Shown here in pieces: positions 17,275 to 25,027 of a stretch of 30,559 nt of DNA. The notes below the pieces were generated by a model, which ran no database searches, was not told where the DNA came from, and worked only from the letters and a program-made list of their open reading frames with translations. The stretch's first letter is position 1; each line of letters opens with the position of its first letter. The translations under genes were made by a program, and so were the position numbers. This stretch comes from a virus. Taxonomy: Duplodnaviria; Caudoviricetes. The stretch lies in IMG/VR virus record IMGVR_UViG_3300017778_002569, positions 1 through 30,559 of that record; one strand, written 5' to 3'.

Positions 17275-17305
17275 ACTTGTATAGTAATTAAAAAGGAGCT
17301 AGAAA

Positions 17306-17593
17306 ATGACAGCAACAGAAACAGCAGGAATCCGCGCCGCAGTTGGCAACAACATGCAACGTGACCGTGAAATTCGCATGTATGGTTGCACTGAAGCTCA
17401 AATGCGTGAAGCAGTGGAGAGTTCAATCACTTTCAAACTGTCTGGCCCTGCAATGGTTGCGGCCAGTATGATGAGTGACGCACAAGAGCTGATGGCATAC
17501 GAGAAACCTGACTTTAACACTATTGAAGATCAGCGTCAGTTACTGAACCGTGCCAAATTTGTTTTGTTTACCTACATCATGGACAAGGAGTAA
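17306..17593 (+). CDS. Hypothetical early protein (95 aa)
   Basis: Promoter plus strong SD. Confidence 0.75.
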   Translation: MTATETAGIRAAVGNNMQRDREIRMYGCTEAQMREAVESSITFKLSGPAMVAASMMSDAQELMAYEKPDFNTIEDQRQLLNRAKFVLFTYIMDKE

Positions 17594-17596
17594 TTT

Positions 17597-17812
17597 ATGA
17601 ACATGCCTTTTGAATGTACAATTTTAGATTCGGCGCCTGTGGAAGTTCGCAATCCTTTTTCCGGTGAGTCTTGTGTTTTGACTCCCGAAGCTGTGGCAGT
17701 TTATGACAGCATTTCGGGTGCCAACATGATGGGTGATTACAAAACTGTGCGCCTGGGCCTAGACTGGTTTTGTAAATACTTTCCCAAAGAGTACATGATT
17801 CTTTTGGATTAA
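17597..17812 (+). CDS. Hypothetical early protein (71 aa)
   Basis: SD AAGGAG; C-terminal F.KYFPKEYMILLD. Confidence 0.7.
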   Translation: MNMPFECTILDSAPVEVRNPFSGESCVLTPEAVAVYDSISGANMMGDYKTVRLGLDWFCKYFPKEYMILLD

Positions 17813-17821
17813 GGAAGCGCA

Positions 17822-18409
17822 TTGAGCACCGAAAACATTTTTGTGATATTCCCACCGGGTGCAGGTGGGAACCACTTGGCTAATATTATGGCCCTTTCAG
17901 GAAGATTTAATCGTGAGATTGATTATAATCAATACAACAACATAAAAGGTCCAGCACATTTTTCCAAGATTCAAAATCTTGAAATTACAGAAGAAGAAAT
18001 ACAATCTATATCTGCACAAAACAATGTATTGTGCAGTCACTTGGCACAGTATTTGTGGCGCCAAGATCTTGTTAAACAACATTTGCCAAATCGCAAATAC
18101 ATTATTGTAGATTTAAATAATGCCAGCTTGCAAGTACGTGAACGCATGAATAAATCATTTTTTCCTTACCAGCATGATTATATGTGGGAAGAATCTTCTA
18201 CATTGTATTCATCAAAATATTTTGGTCTACTCACAGGAGAAACTGATTATTTTTATGTCAATGTTGGAATGATTGCCACCCCTGACATTATGCCATTGCT
18301 GACATATCTTAAAACAAATCTAAGGTTAACTATAGACCAAGATCATGCTACAACAATACATCAAAAGTGGTATGATTCTAATTTCAATGGAGCATTAAAT
18401 AATGAATGA
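17822..18409 (+). CDS. Hypothetical protein, possible sulfotransferase-like P-loop fold
   Basis: TTG start after AAGGA; N-terminal VIFPPGAGGNHL loop; AT-rich. Confidence 0.5.
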   Translation: MSTENIFVIFPPGAGGNHLANIMALSGRFNREIDYNQYNNIKGPAHFSKIQNLEITEEEIQSISAQNNVLCSHLAQYLWRQDLVKQHLPNRKYIIVDLNNASLQVRERMNKSFFPYQHDYMWEESSTLYSSKYFGLLTGETDYFYVNVGMIATPDIMPLLTYLKTNLRLTIDQDHATTIHQKWYDSNFNGALNNE

Positions 18410-19775
18410 AACAGATTTTTCCAACACAAGGTTTGATGGTGTAATGGCGGCAGGTTGGGTCCGTGATTTAGAAAGCTCCGATAGTCGAATACACAAAGAA
18501 AAAGTAATCGAAAAAGCCCTGATGGCTGCCAAACTTGGCAGTTCCGATGCACAGGCCTTTTTGTTTAATTGTTTTCAGGCTTACAATCCTTTTTACACAT
18601 TTAATGTTAAACAAGTGCCAGACACGCAAGGACTTACTGGGCGACCTAATCCATGGCCACGTTTTTGGGCCATGCTAGAAGACCTACGCACTCGGGGTAT
18701 CACCGGCCATCGTGCTCGTGACAAGATCCAAGAATGTGCGGAAGAGTTTGACAGCGATGAATGGAACAACTTGTGTGCTCGTGTGATTCGTAAAGATTTA
18801 CGCTGTGGCATCAGTGAAAAAACACTAAACAAAGTGCTGGGGAAAACTGAATACAAGATTCCGGTATTTACTTGTCAGCTAGCGCAGGACTCTACAGACC
18901 AACCTAAAAAGTTGCGTGGCACCAAGCGCCTTGAATGTAAACTAGACGGGGTACGTGTGCTAGCAGTGGTGTCTGGTGCTACCTGTACGTTATACAGTCG
19001 CAATGGCAAGGTGTTTGAAAACTTCCCACAAATTGCCGAAGCTGTATTAGATGCTCGTAAGCACTTTCAACATGGTCGTGGCACCGGAGGACATTTTGTG
19101 TTAGATGGTGAGATTGTGGGAGAAACCTTTCAAAAGCTCATGAAGCAAGCACACCGCAAAAGTGATGCCAAAACAGATGGCATGGTATATCATATCTTTG
19201 ACATCATCCCATTAGACGCACTCAAAGAAGGTCACTGCAATCTACAACAATACAAACGCCTGGAGTGGCTCGACAGTGCCAAAATCGCACTAGAAGAGAC
19301 AGATTGCCTGCGCATCATGCCTGGCATGGATGTGGACTTGGACACAGCCGAAGGCCATGATGTCATGCGACGCTTTGCTGAAGCAAGTGTGGAGCAAGGA
19401 TACGAAGGCATCATGATTAAGAGCGTTGATGCCCCGTACGAGTGTAAACGCAGTGACTTTTGGATGAAATGGAAGCCCACAATCACAGTCGATCTGAACA
19501 TTGTGGGATTTGAAGAGGGCACTGGTCGCAATCTAGGCCGCCTGGGTGCTATAATTTGTGAAGGAGTCGACAATGACAAAACTATTCGTGTTAATGTTGG
19601 TAGCGGTTTGTCTGATAGCAATCGCGATGAGTATTGGCTCAACCGGGATACACTTCTTGGTAACGTGGTTGAGGTCGAAGCAGACGCAGTTACCCAAAAC
19701 CAAGACGGATCATACAGTTTGAGATTCCCTCGCTTTTTGCGATTCCGTGGATTCGAACCAGGCGAAAAGTTATAA
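18402..19775 (+). CDS. ATP-dependent DNA ligase
   Basis: Motif I ECKLDGVR; SRNGK, VLDGEI, FDII, YEGIMIK, KWKP, VGSGLSD and SLRFPRF. Confidence 0.96.
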   Translation: MNETDFSNTRFDGVMAAGWVRDLESSDSRIHKEKVIEKALMAAKLGSSDAQAFLFNCFQAYNPFYTFNVKQVPDTQGLTGRPNPWPRFWAMLEDLRTRGITGHRARDKIQECAEEFDSDEWNNLCARVIRKDLRCGISEKTLNKVLGKTEYKIPVFTCQLAQDSTDQPKKLRGTKRLECKLDGVRVLAVVSGATCTLYSRNGKVFENFPQIAEAVLDARKHFQHGRGTGGHFVLDGEIVGETFQKLMKQAHRKSDAKTDGMVYHIFDIIPLDALKEGHCNLQQYKRLEWLDSAKIALEETDCLRIMPGMDVDLDTAEGHDVMRRFAEASVEQGYEGIMIKSVDAPYECKRSDFWMKWKPTITVDLNIVGFEEGTGRNLGRLGAIICEGVDNDKTIRVNVGSGLSDSNRDEYWLNRDTLLGNVVEVEADAVTQNQDGSYSLRFPRFLRFRGFEPGEKL

Positions 19776-19788
19776 AATTTAGATCAGC

Positions 19789-20658
19789 ATGAAAAAACAA
19801 AATATAAAATGGTTGCATGCTGAAATTAGCACTCGGTGTAATGCTTGGTGCCCTGGGTGCCAACGAAACAACAATGGATATGGGCTATCAGATTTATTCG
19901 TTGAGCAAGACTTACAACTAACAGACTATCAACTCATACTTGACGATTTTGATTATTTAGAAGGCATTCAATTTTGCGGCAACTTTGGTGATCCAATTGC
20001 GCACAATGATTTTCTAAGTATAGTAGAGCATTCTAAACTGCATTGTGACAAGATACAAATTCACACCAATGGTGGATTACGATCACAATCCTGGTGGAAG
20101 GAACTTGCTGAACTTTTACGTGGCCACGAACACGATGTATGGTTTGGCATTGACGGCATAGGTTCAGTTCATGAACAATATCGTCAGGGCACCAGCTATG
20201 AAAAAGTTTTAGAAAATGCTCGGGCTTTTATATCTGCTGGCGGGACTGCTACCTGGCAGTTCATCCCATTCAAACACAACGAACATCAGATCAAGGATTG
20301 CATTCGTCTCAGTCAAGACTTAGGATTTTACAAATTTAAACTGGTAAAATCGTTTAGAGAAGATCAGACACAAGTGAGACATTGGCGCACTGGTGAGCAT
20401 CTATTTGATCTAGAAGCAGCCGATGTTTACAAAAAGTTGTTTTTCCATCCTACTAAATCATATGTTGATCCTGCACAGTGTTTGCATCTTTCCATGCCTA
20501 GTGTGTATTTGCATGCAACTGGAAAAATTAGTGCTTGTTGTTATTTTAGTCAAAGTCAACACTATGATGATTTGCAAACATTTTTGTCTCAAGTTAATAT
20601 ATCTAGTGAATTGACAAAATCACCACACCCAGTTTGCCTAAAAAACTGCGGATCATAG
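19789..20658 (+). CDS. Radical SAM protein with C-terminal Cys-rich (SPASM/twitch-like) region
   Basis: CNAWCPGC motif; GNFGDP, HTNGG and FGIDG; C-terminal C..ACC..C...C. Confidence 0.9.
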   Translation: MKKQNIKWLHAEISTRCNAWCPGCQRNNNGYGLSDLFVEQDLQLTDYQLILDDFDYLEGIQFCGNFGDPIAHNDFLSIVEHSKLHCDKIQIHTNGGLRSQSWWKELAELLRGHEHDVWFGIDGIGSVHEQYRQGTSYEKVLENARAFISAGGTATWQFIPFKHNEHQIKDCIRLSQDLGFYKFKLVKSFREDQTQVRHWRTGEHLFDLEAADVYKKLFFHPTKSYVDPAQCLHLSMPSVYLHATGKISACCYFSQSQHYDDLQTFLSQVNISSELTKSPHPVCLKNCGS

Positions 20659-20687
20659 TTGACATTTTCATTCTAATACCTTATAAT
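20659..20687 (+). promoter_or_regulatory. Perfect-consensus sigma70 promoter
   Basis: TTGACA (20659-20664), N17, TATAAT (20682-20687). Confidence 0.9.
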
Positions 20688-20693
20688 ACAAGG

Positions 20694-20940
20694 GCAGTGA
20701 ATGGGAAATATGGAGGGGGGTTAAGGGTTTGACAGCATGTAACCATGCAGTTGATCTCCGTGGCACAAGTAACCGTAACTCCTCAAGGTGTGGCACCTCC
20801 GGACTTGGATAGCCGCTGTGAAATAACCAAGTTAAAACCAACCAACTACGTACTTGCTGAGTACCTCTAGGGTTGGGAGTAAGCCTCAACAGGGGCGGCA
20901 AGGTGTAAAGCATTTGTAATGTATCAACTCGGAGATCTCT
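20694..20940 (+). ncRNA. Candidate structured non-coding RNA or long structured leader
   Basis: ORF-free gap after a consensus promoter, with several complementary segments including the closing helix GATCTCCG (20753-20760) / CGGAGATC (20930-20937). Confidence 0.6.
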
Positions 20941-20948
20941 AATTTATT

Positions 20949-21245
20949 ATGTCGAAGTCACTTGATCCACTTAAAGAAACGACCCAGGATCTGCATCGTT
21001 TTTGGTTCTTGCTTAGTAATGAAACGCAGTGGTATGCTGTCATGGCCGAATGTCGAACATGGTTTGGAAAAAATTGGAAGTGCCAAAACAAGGTACGACG
21101 CAAACTAGAATCGTACAGTCATCGGCATGACCGTAAACCGCAATTGATCTGGTTCGAAGTGCCCGATACTAAGTTTGCTACATGGGTATCGGTTAAACAT
21201 AGCATACAAGTGCATAGTGATTCCAAACTAAATGCCCATAAATAA
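20949..21245 (+). CDS. Hypothetical protein (98 aa)
   Basis: W-rich ORF; possible SD GGAG at 20931 lies inside the RNA closing helix. Confidence 0.65.
   Translation: MSKSLDPLKETTQDLHRFWFLLSNETQWYAVMAECRTWFGKNWKCQNKVRRKLESYSHRHDRKPQLIWFEVPDTKFATWVSVKHSIQVHSDSKLNAHK
21238..21244 (+). promoter_or_regulatory. Late promoter (ATAAATA)
   Basis: Seven nt before ATG 21252; no SD. Confidence 0.55.
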
Positions 21246-21251
21246 TTTGTT

Positions 21252-22727
21252 ATGCTACTGACATATCTAATGCTGTTTGTGGCCCTGTGCTTGAGTGCAG
21301 TGGCCGCTTTTTATTCTATAGTGGGACTGACTGCTATTTTTGCCGCGGCTGTGATCCCAATTATTATCATGGGCAGTATTTTAGAAGTGGCCAAACTTGT
21401 TGTAACAGTTTGGTTACACGAATATTGGAAGCAGGTCAAGCTTACCATGAAGCTGTATCTTGTGCCGGCTGTGGCTATGCTTATGCTAATTACCAGCATG
21501 GGCATCTTTGGATTCTTATCAAAAGCACATCTGGACCAAAGCATAGTGTCTGGTGATGTGCAAGCCAAAATTGCCATCTACGATGAGAAAATTCAAACAG
21601 AAAAGGAAAACATAGATGTTAATCGCAAAGCTCTCAAACAAATGGATGAGGCAGTGGACCAAGTTATGGGTCGCAGTTCGGACGAAAAAGGGGCGGACAA
21701 AGCAGTTGCCGTACGCAGAGCCCAGCAAAAAGAACGTGCTCGCCTCCTTGCAGACATTGCAGAAGCTCAAAAGAAAATCACTGTACTCAACGAACAACGT
21801 GCGCCAATTGCGGCCGAAGTACGCAAGGTAGAAGCTGAAGTTGGCCCAATCAAGTACATTGCCGCACTGATATACGAAGACAATCCTGATACCAATGTGT
21901 TAGAAAAGGCAGTACGTTGGGTTATCATTTTGCTTGTCATTGTGTTTGATCCTCTTGCTGTGATGATGTTGCTGGCCGCAACAGAATCCATGGCCTGGGA
22001 ACGTCGGCGACGCAACGAAGATCAACTAGCAATGAGCATTACACCACCGGACAAAAAAGATTTGCGACCTTTTACACCAGAAGAAATTGATGCACTAGAT
22101 AAGCAACCAAGACAAGATCCTAGCCCGCCTGGTTGGATGTTTGGCGAAGTTGCACAACCATATCCCATGAACGACCAAGAAGTTGAAGAAGTCATACAAG
22201 AATTTGATCGTACACGACACGCATACTTAGACAAGCCATTTGTACACTTTGAAAATCTCAAGCCCATGGTGCAACAGCCCGAACAAATCGAAGAAGTTGA
22301 CAATGAAGACGAAGACCCGGGACTTAAACAAGCACGTAGCCAATGGAAAATAGATAATCCGGGCAAAACTTTAAAAGAACAACGCCAATTATTCGAGCGT
22401 GGTGTTATAGATCATTTGCCTTGGGAAGACTATCTTGAATCTAAACACAAAAGTAGCGCGGATTTTGGTGCAGAATTTCCTAGCACAGCAGTCAAGGGCG
22501 ACATGTTTGTTCGCACAGACTATTTGCCTACCCGTTTGTACAAATACAATGGAAACAAATGGATAGATACAGACAAGACATTAACAGACAGATATGTGTA
22601 TAATACAGCTTACATTGATCATCTTATTTCTAAAATTGCTTCCGGTGAATATGATCTAGATCTATTGACCGATTCAGAACAGCAAGAAATCTCACAACGT
22701 TTAAATCAAAACACAACTAATGACTGA
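21252..22727 (+). CDS. Multi-pass membrane protein with long coiled coil (491 aa)
   Basis: Three or four N-terminal TM segments, a K/E/Q coiled coil, another TM (WVIILLVIVFDPLAVMMLLA), an acidic linker and a C-terminal KGDMFVRTDYLPTRLYKYNG domain. Confidence 0.75.
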   Translation: MLLTYLMLFVALCLSAVAAFYSIVGLTAIFAAAVIPIIIMGSILEVAKLVVTVWLHEYWKQVKLTMKLYLVPAVAMLMLITSMGIFGFLSKAHLDQSIVSGDVQAKIAIYDEKIQTEKENIDVNRKALKQMDEAVDQVMGRSSDEKGADKAVAVRRAQQKERARLLADIAEAQKKITVLNEQRAPIAAEVRKVEAEVGPIKYIAALIYEDNPDTNVLEKAVRWVIILLVIVFDPLAVMMLLAATESMAWERRRRNEDQLAMSITPPDKKDLRPFTPEEIDALDKQPRQDPSPPGWMFGEVAQPYPMNDQEVEEVIQEFDRTRHAYLDKPFVHFENLKPMVQQPEQIEEVDNEDEDPGLKQARSQWKIDNPGKTLKEQRQLFERGVIDHLPWEDYLESKHKSSADFGAEFPSTAVKGDMFVRTDYLPTRLYKYNGNKWIDTDKTLTDRYVYNTAYIDHLISKIASGEYDLDLLTDSEQQEISQRLNQNTTND

Positions 22728-23907
22728 TAAATTACACCATTGCAGTTTTTGCGGCAAAGAAAAAGACATTGTTACAAAACTTATAGTTAGTGATGCTGTT
22801 GCTATATGTAGTGAATGTGTAAATTTGTGCACCGAGTTATTACAGGATCCAGCACCATCTCTTTTGTTAAAGCTAGACAATGCAAAAATGGATCCAGTGC
22901 AACTTAAATCATATTTAGATCAGTATGTAATTGGACAAGATGCTGCCAAAATTATGTTGAGTGTGGCTATTGTCAATCACTACAAGCGAATCAACTGCAA
23001 AGACCCCGATAGAGAAATTACCAAAGCCAATATCTTGGTATTGGGCCCAACTGGATCGGGGAAAACCTTACTAGCCCGAACTGTGGCCAAATACTTGGAC
23101 GTACCATTTGCCATTGCTGATGCAACAAGCATTACAGAAGCAGGCTATGTTGGTGACGATGTTGAAAGCTTGATCAGTAGATTATTTGCTAACTCGGGCA
23201 ATGATGTTGAAAAAACACAGCATGGTATTGTGTTTGTTGATGAAATTGATAAAATTTCACGCAAAAGTGAATCAACATCAATCACACGTGATGTATCCGG
23301 TGAGGGTGTACAACAAGCATTGTTAAAAATGGTTGAGGGAACAGTTTGTCGTATTCCCACAAGTGGCGGTCGCAAGCATCCAGGTGGTGACATGGTTGAA
23401 ATTGACACCAAAAATATTTTGTTTATTGCCGGCGGCGCCTTTGTTGGGTTGGAAAAAATTATCAAGAATCGCACAGCTGGTACCAGTATTGGTTTTAACT
23501 CACCAGTATCACAGCCCAAAGACGTGCACTTAGATGAAGTTGTGCCTGATGATCTTGTGAAATTTGGATTGATACCTGAGTTCATTGGACGCTTTCCCAG
23601 TGTGGTCACACTAGAAGAGCTAGATCGCCCCAGCATGATTCGTATCCTTACTGAAGTTAAAAACAACTACATCGATCAATACCAATGGTTGTTTAAGCAA
23701 GATGCAGTAGAATTAAAATTCACAATCGATGCAATCGAAACCATGGTTGATCGTGCAACAGAATCAGGCACAGGTGCTAGAGCATTGCATACCGAAATTG
23801 AACATGCACTAATGCCCCATATGTTTCACTTGCGTGAATATCGCGAACGTGGCATCGATATGCTTGAATTAACATCTACAGATATCAATCAGCCCACCGC
23901 AAGGTAA
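22720..23907 (+). CDS. clpX: ATP-dependent Clp protease ATPase subunit ClpX
   Basis: CSFCG..ICSEC zinc domain, Walker A GPTGSGKT, GYVG pore loop, Walker B VFVDEIDK, RDVSGEGVQQ, RKH, IGF loop and GAR sensor 2. Confidence 0.96.
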   Translation: MTDKLHHCSFCGKEKDIVTKLIVSDAVAICSECVNLCTELLQDPAPSLLLKLDNAKMDPVQLKSYLDQYVIGQDAAKIMLSVAIVNHYKRINCKDPDREITKANILVLGPTGSGKTLLARTVAKYLDVPFAIADATSITEAGYVGDDVESLISRLFANSGNDVEKTQHGIVFVDEIDKISRKSESTSITRDVSGEGVQQALLKMVEGTVCRIPTSGGRKHPGGDMVEIDTKNILFIAGGAFVGLEKIIKNRTAGTSIGFNSPVSQPKDVHLDEVVPDDLVKFGLIPEFIGRFPSVVTLEELDRPSMIRILTEVKNNYIDQYQWLFKQDAVELKFTIDAIETMVDRATESGTGARALHTEIEHALMPHMFHLREYRERGIDMLELTSTDINQPTAR

Positions 23908-24143
23908 TGTATATTGAATTTAAAATTGAGGCCCACGAGTTTACACATAAACATGCGTCTATATCATTGGCGTTGATAGACTGGGGTAATCGGCACAATG
24001 TACAATACAAAGATAAAACTATCAACCGTAACATAAGAGTCACATTTGATGATGATAGACATTATACTTTGTTTGCACTTACTTGGAATCCAGGATTTAG
24101 AGCAAATTATCGTGTTATACGTGACCTAAATAACAAAGTATAA
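23907..24143 (+). CDS. Hypothetical protein (78 aa)
   Basis: TAATG coupling to clpX; YTLFALTW motif. Confidence 0.65.
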   Translation: MYIEFKIEAHEFTHKHASISLALIDWGNRHNVQYKDKTINRNIRVTFDDDRHYTLFALTWNPGFRANYRVIRDLNNKV

Positions 24144-24160
24144 AATAATTTTCGTGTATA

Positions 24161-24230
24161 ATAAATACTGTTGTAGTGCCCATGGTGGGGCTACACTGAT
24201 AGTCAACTTGCTTAATAGGAGAATGACATG
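24161..24230 (+). promoter_or_regulatory. Late promoter plus ROSE-like RNA thermometer 5'UTR of hsp20
   Basis: ATAAATA at 24161-24167; hairpin 24172-24195; SD-sequestering hairpin GTCA-a-CTTGCT-taat-AGGAG-aa-TGAC immediately before the ATG. Confidence 0.65.
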
Positions 24231-24659
24231 ACTAAAATCACATCTTTTGATCTCGCCCCCTTCTACCGTAACACGGTAGGTATCGATCGTTTGTTCGACC
24301 GCATTACTCGTCAGATTGATGCAGCCGCCTCAGGCAATTATCCCCCATATGACATTGTTGTTACTGGTGACAGCACATACGAAATTCGTGTGGCAGCCGC
24401 TGGCTTCCGTTTGGAAGAAGTCAACATTGAATACCATGAGGGACAACTGGTTGTAACTGGTACCAAGGACGAAACACCCGATCATGAATACTTGCATCAC
24501 GGTATTAGCAATCGTTCTTGGGTTCGCTCATGGACTTTGGCTGACTATGTAGAGGTCAAGGCTGCTGTAATGAAAGACGGCATCTTGACAATCAAGCTTG
24601 AGCGCATTGTTCCTGAAACAATGAAACCTAAAAAAATTGAGATTAGCTATCAATCTTGA
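24228..24659 (+). CDS. Small heat-shock protein Hsp20 (IbpA-like)
   Basis: GIDRLFD, NYPPYDI, AAAGF, YLHHGIS.R, DGILTIKLER and C-terminal IEI motif. Confidence 0.95.
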   Translation: MTKITSFDLAPFYRNTVGIDRLFDRITRQIDAAASGNYPPYDIVVTGDSTYEIRVAAAGFRLEEVNIEYHEGQLVVTGTKDETPDHEYLHHGISNRSWVRSWTLADYVEVKAAVMKDGILTIKLERIVPETMKPKKIEISYQS

Positions 24660-24666
24660 TCTCTAA

Positions 24667-24698
24667 GTAAATAAACTGTGAGGGGTTCGCCCCTCACA
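24667..24698 (+). promoter_or_regulatory. Late promoter (GTAAATA) followed by a 9-bp UUCG hairpin
   Basis: TGTGAGGGG-TTCG-CCCCTCACA at 24677-24698, with no U-tract after it. Confidence 0.55.
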
Positions 24699-24715
24699 CT
24701 AACACAGGTAGCTAT

Positions 24716-25018
24716 ATGGCAGACACAAAATCTAAAACACGCACAAACTTAAATTTGCAAGAACCACCAATGTTTCGAGTTATCTATATCAACGATAATC
24801 AAACAGCCATGAACTTTGTAGTTGATAGTTTGATCGAACACTTTGCGCATACTCTGGTGACTGCCGAGAAGATTACTGTAGATATTCACGAAACAGGAGC
24901 CGCCACTGTGGCAGTACTGCCTTATGAAATTGCCGAACAAAAAGGTATAGAAGTCACCTTGTCAGCACGTAGTGAAGGTTATCCATTGCAAATCAAACTA
25001 GAACCCAACACTGTTTAA
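24716..25018 (+). CDS. clpS: Clp protease adaptor ClpS
   Basis: EPPMFRVIYIND..T.M.FV, IHETG.A.V, EIAEQK and YPLQ..LEP. Confidence 0.92.
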   Translation: MADTKSKTRTNLNLQEPPMFRVIYINDNQTAMNFVVDSLIEHFAHTLVTAEKITVDIHETGAATVAVLPYEIAEQKGIEVTLSARSEGYPLQIKLEPNTV

Positions 25019-25027
25019 AAGGACCAA

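Noticed and set aside
20668-20913. 81-aa minus-strand ORF across the candidate ncRNA
   Set aside because: Antisense to a perfect + strand promoter, no SD and atypical composition.
20714-20940. tmRNA: the 5' GGGGGGTTAAGGGTTTGACAG resembles tmRNA 5' ends, an NYVLA reading occurs near 20844, and clpX is nearby
   Set aside because: No T-arm (GTTCRA), no complementary acceptor strand or CCA, and no tag ending in AA-stop was found up- or downstream. Kept only as an unclassified RNA.
23145-23666. Numerous minus-strand shadow ORFs, such as 173 aa opposite clpX and 136 aa opposite the ligase
   Set aside because: They are antisense to well-supported genes and have no motifs; this is expected from codon bias.
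24677-24698. Intrinsic terminator after hsp20
   Set aside because: Strong stem but no U-tract on the + strand; treated as a leader hairpin instead.
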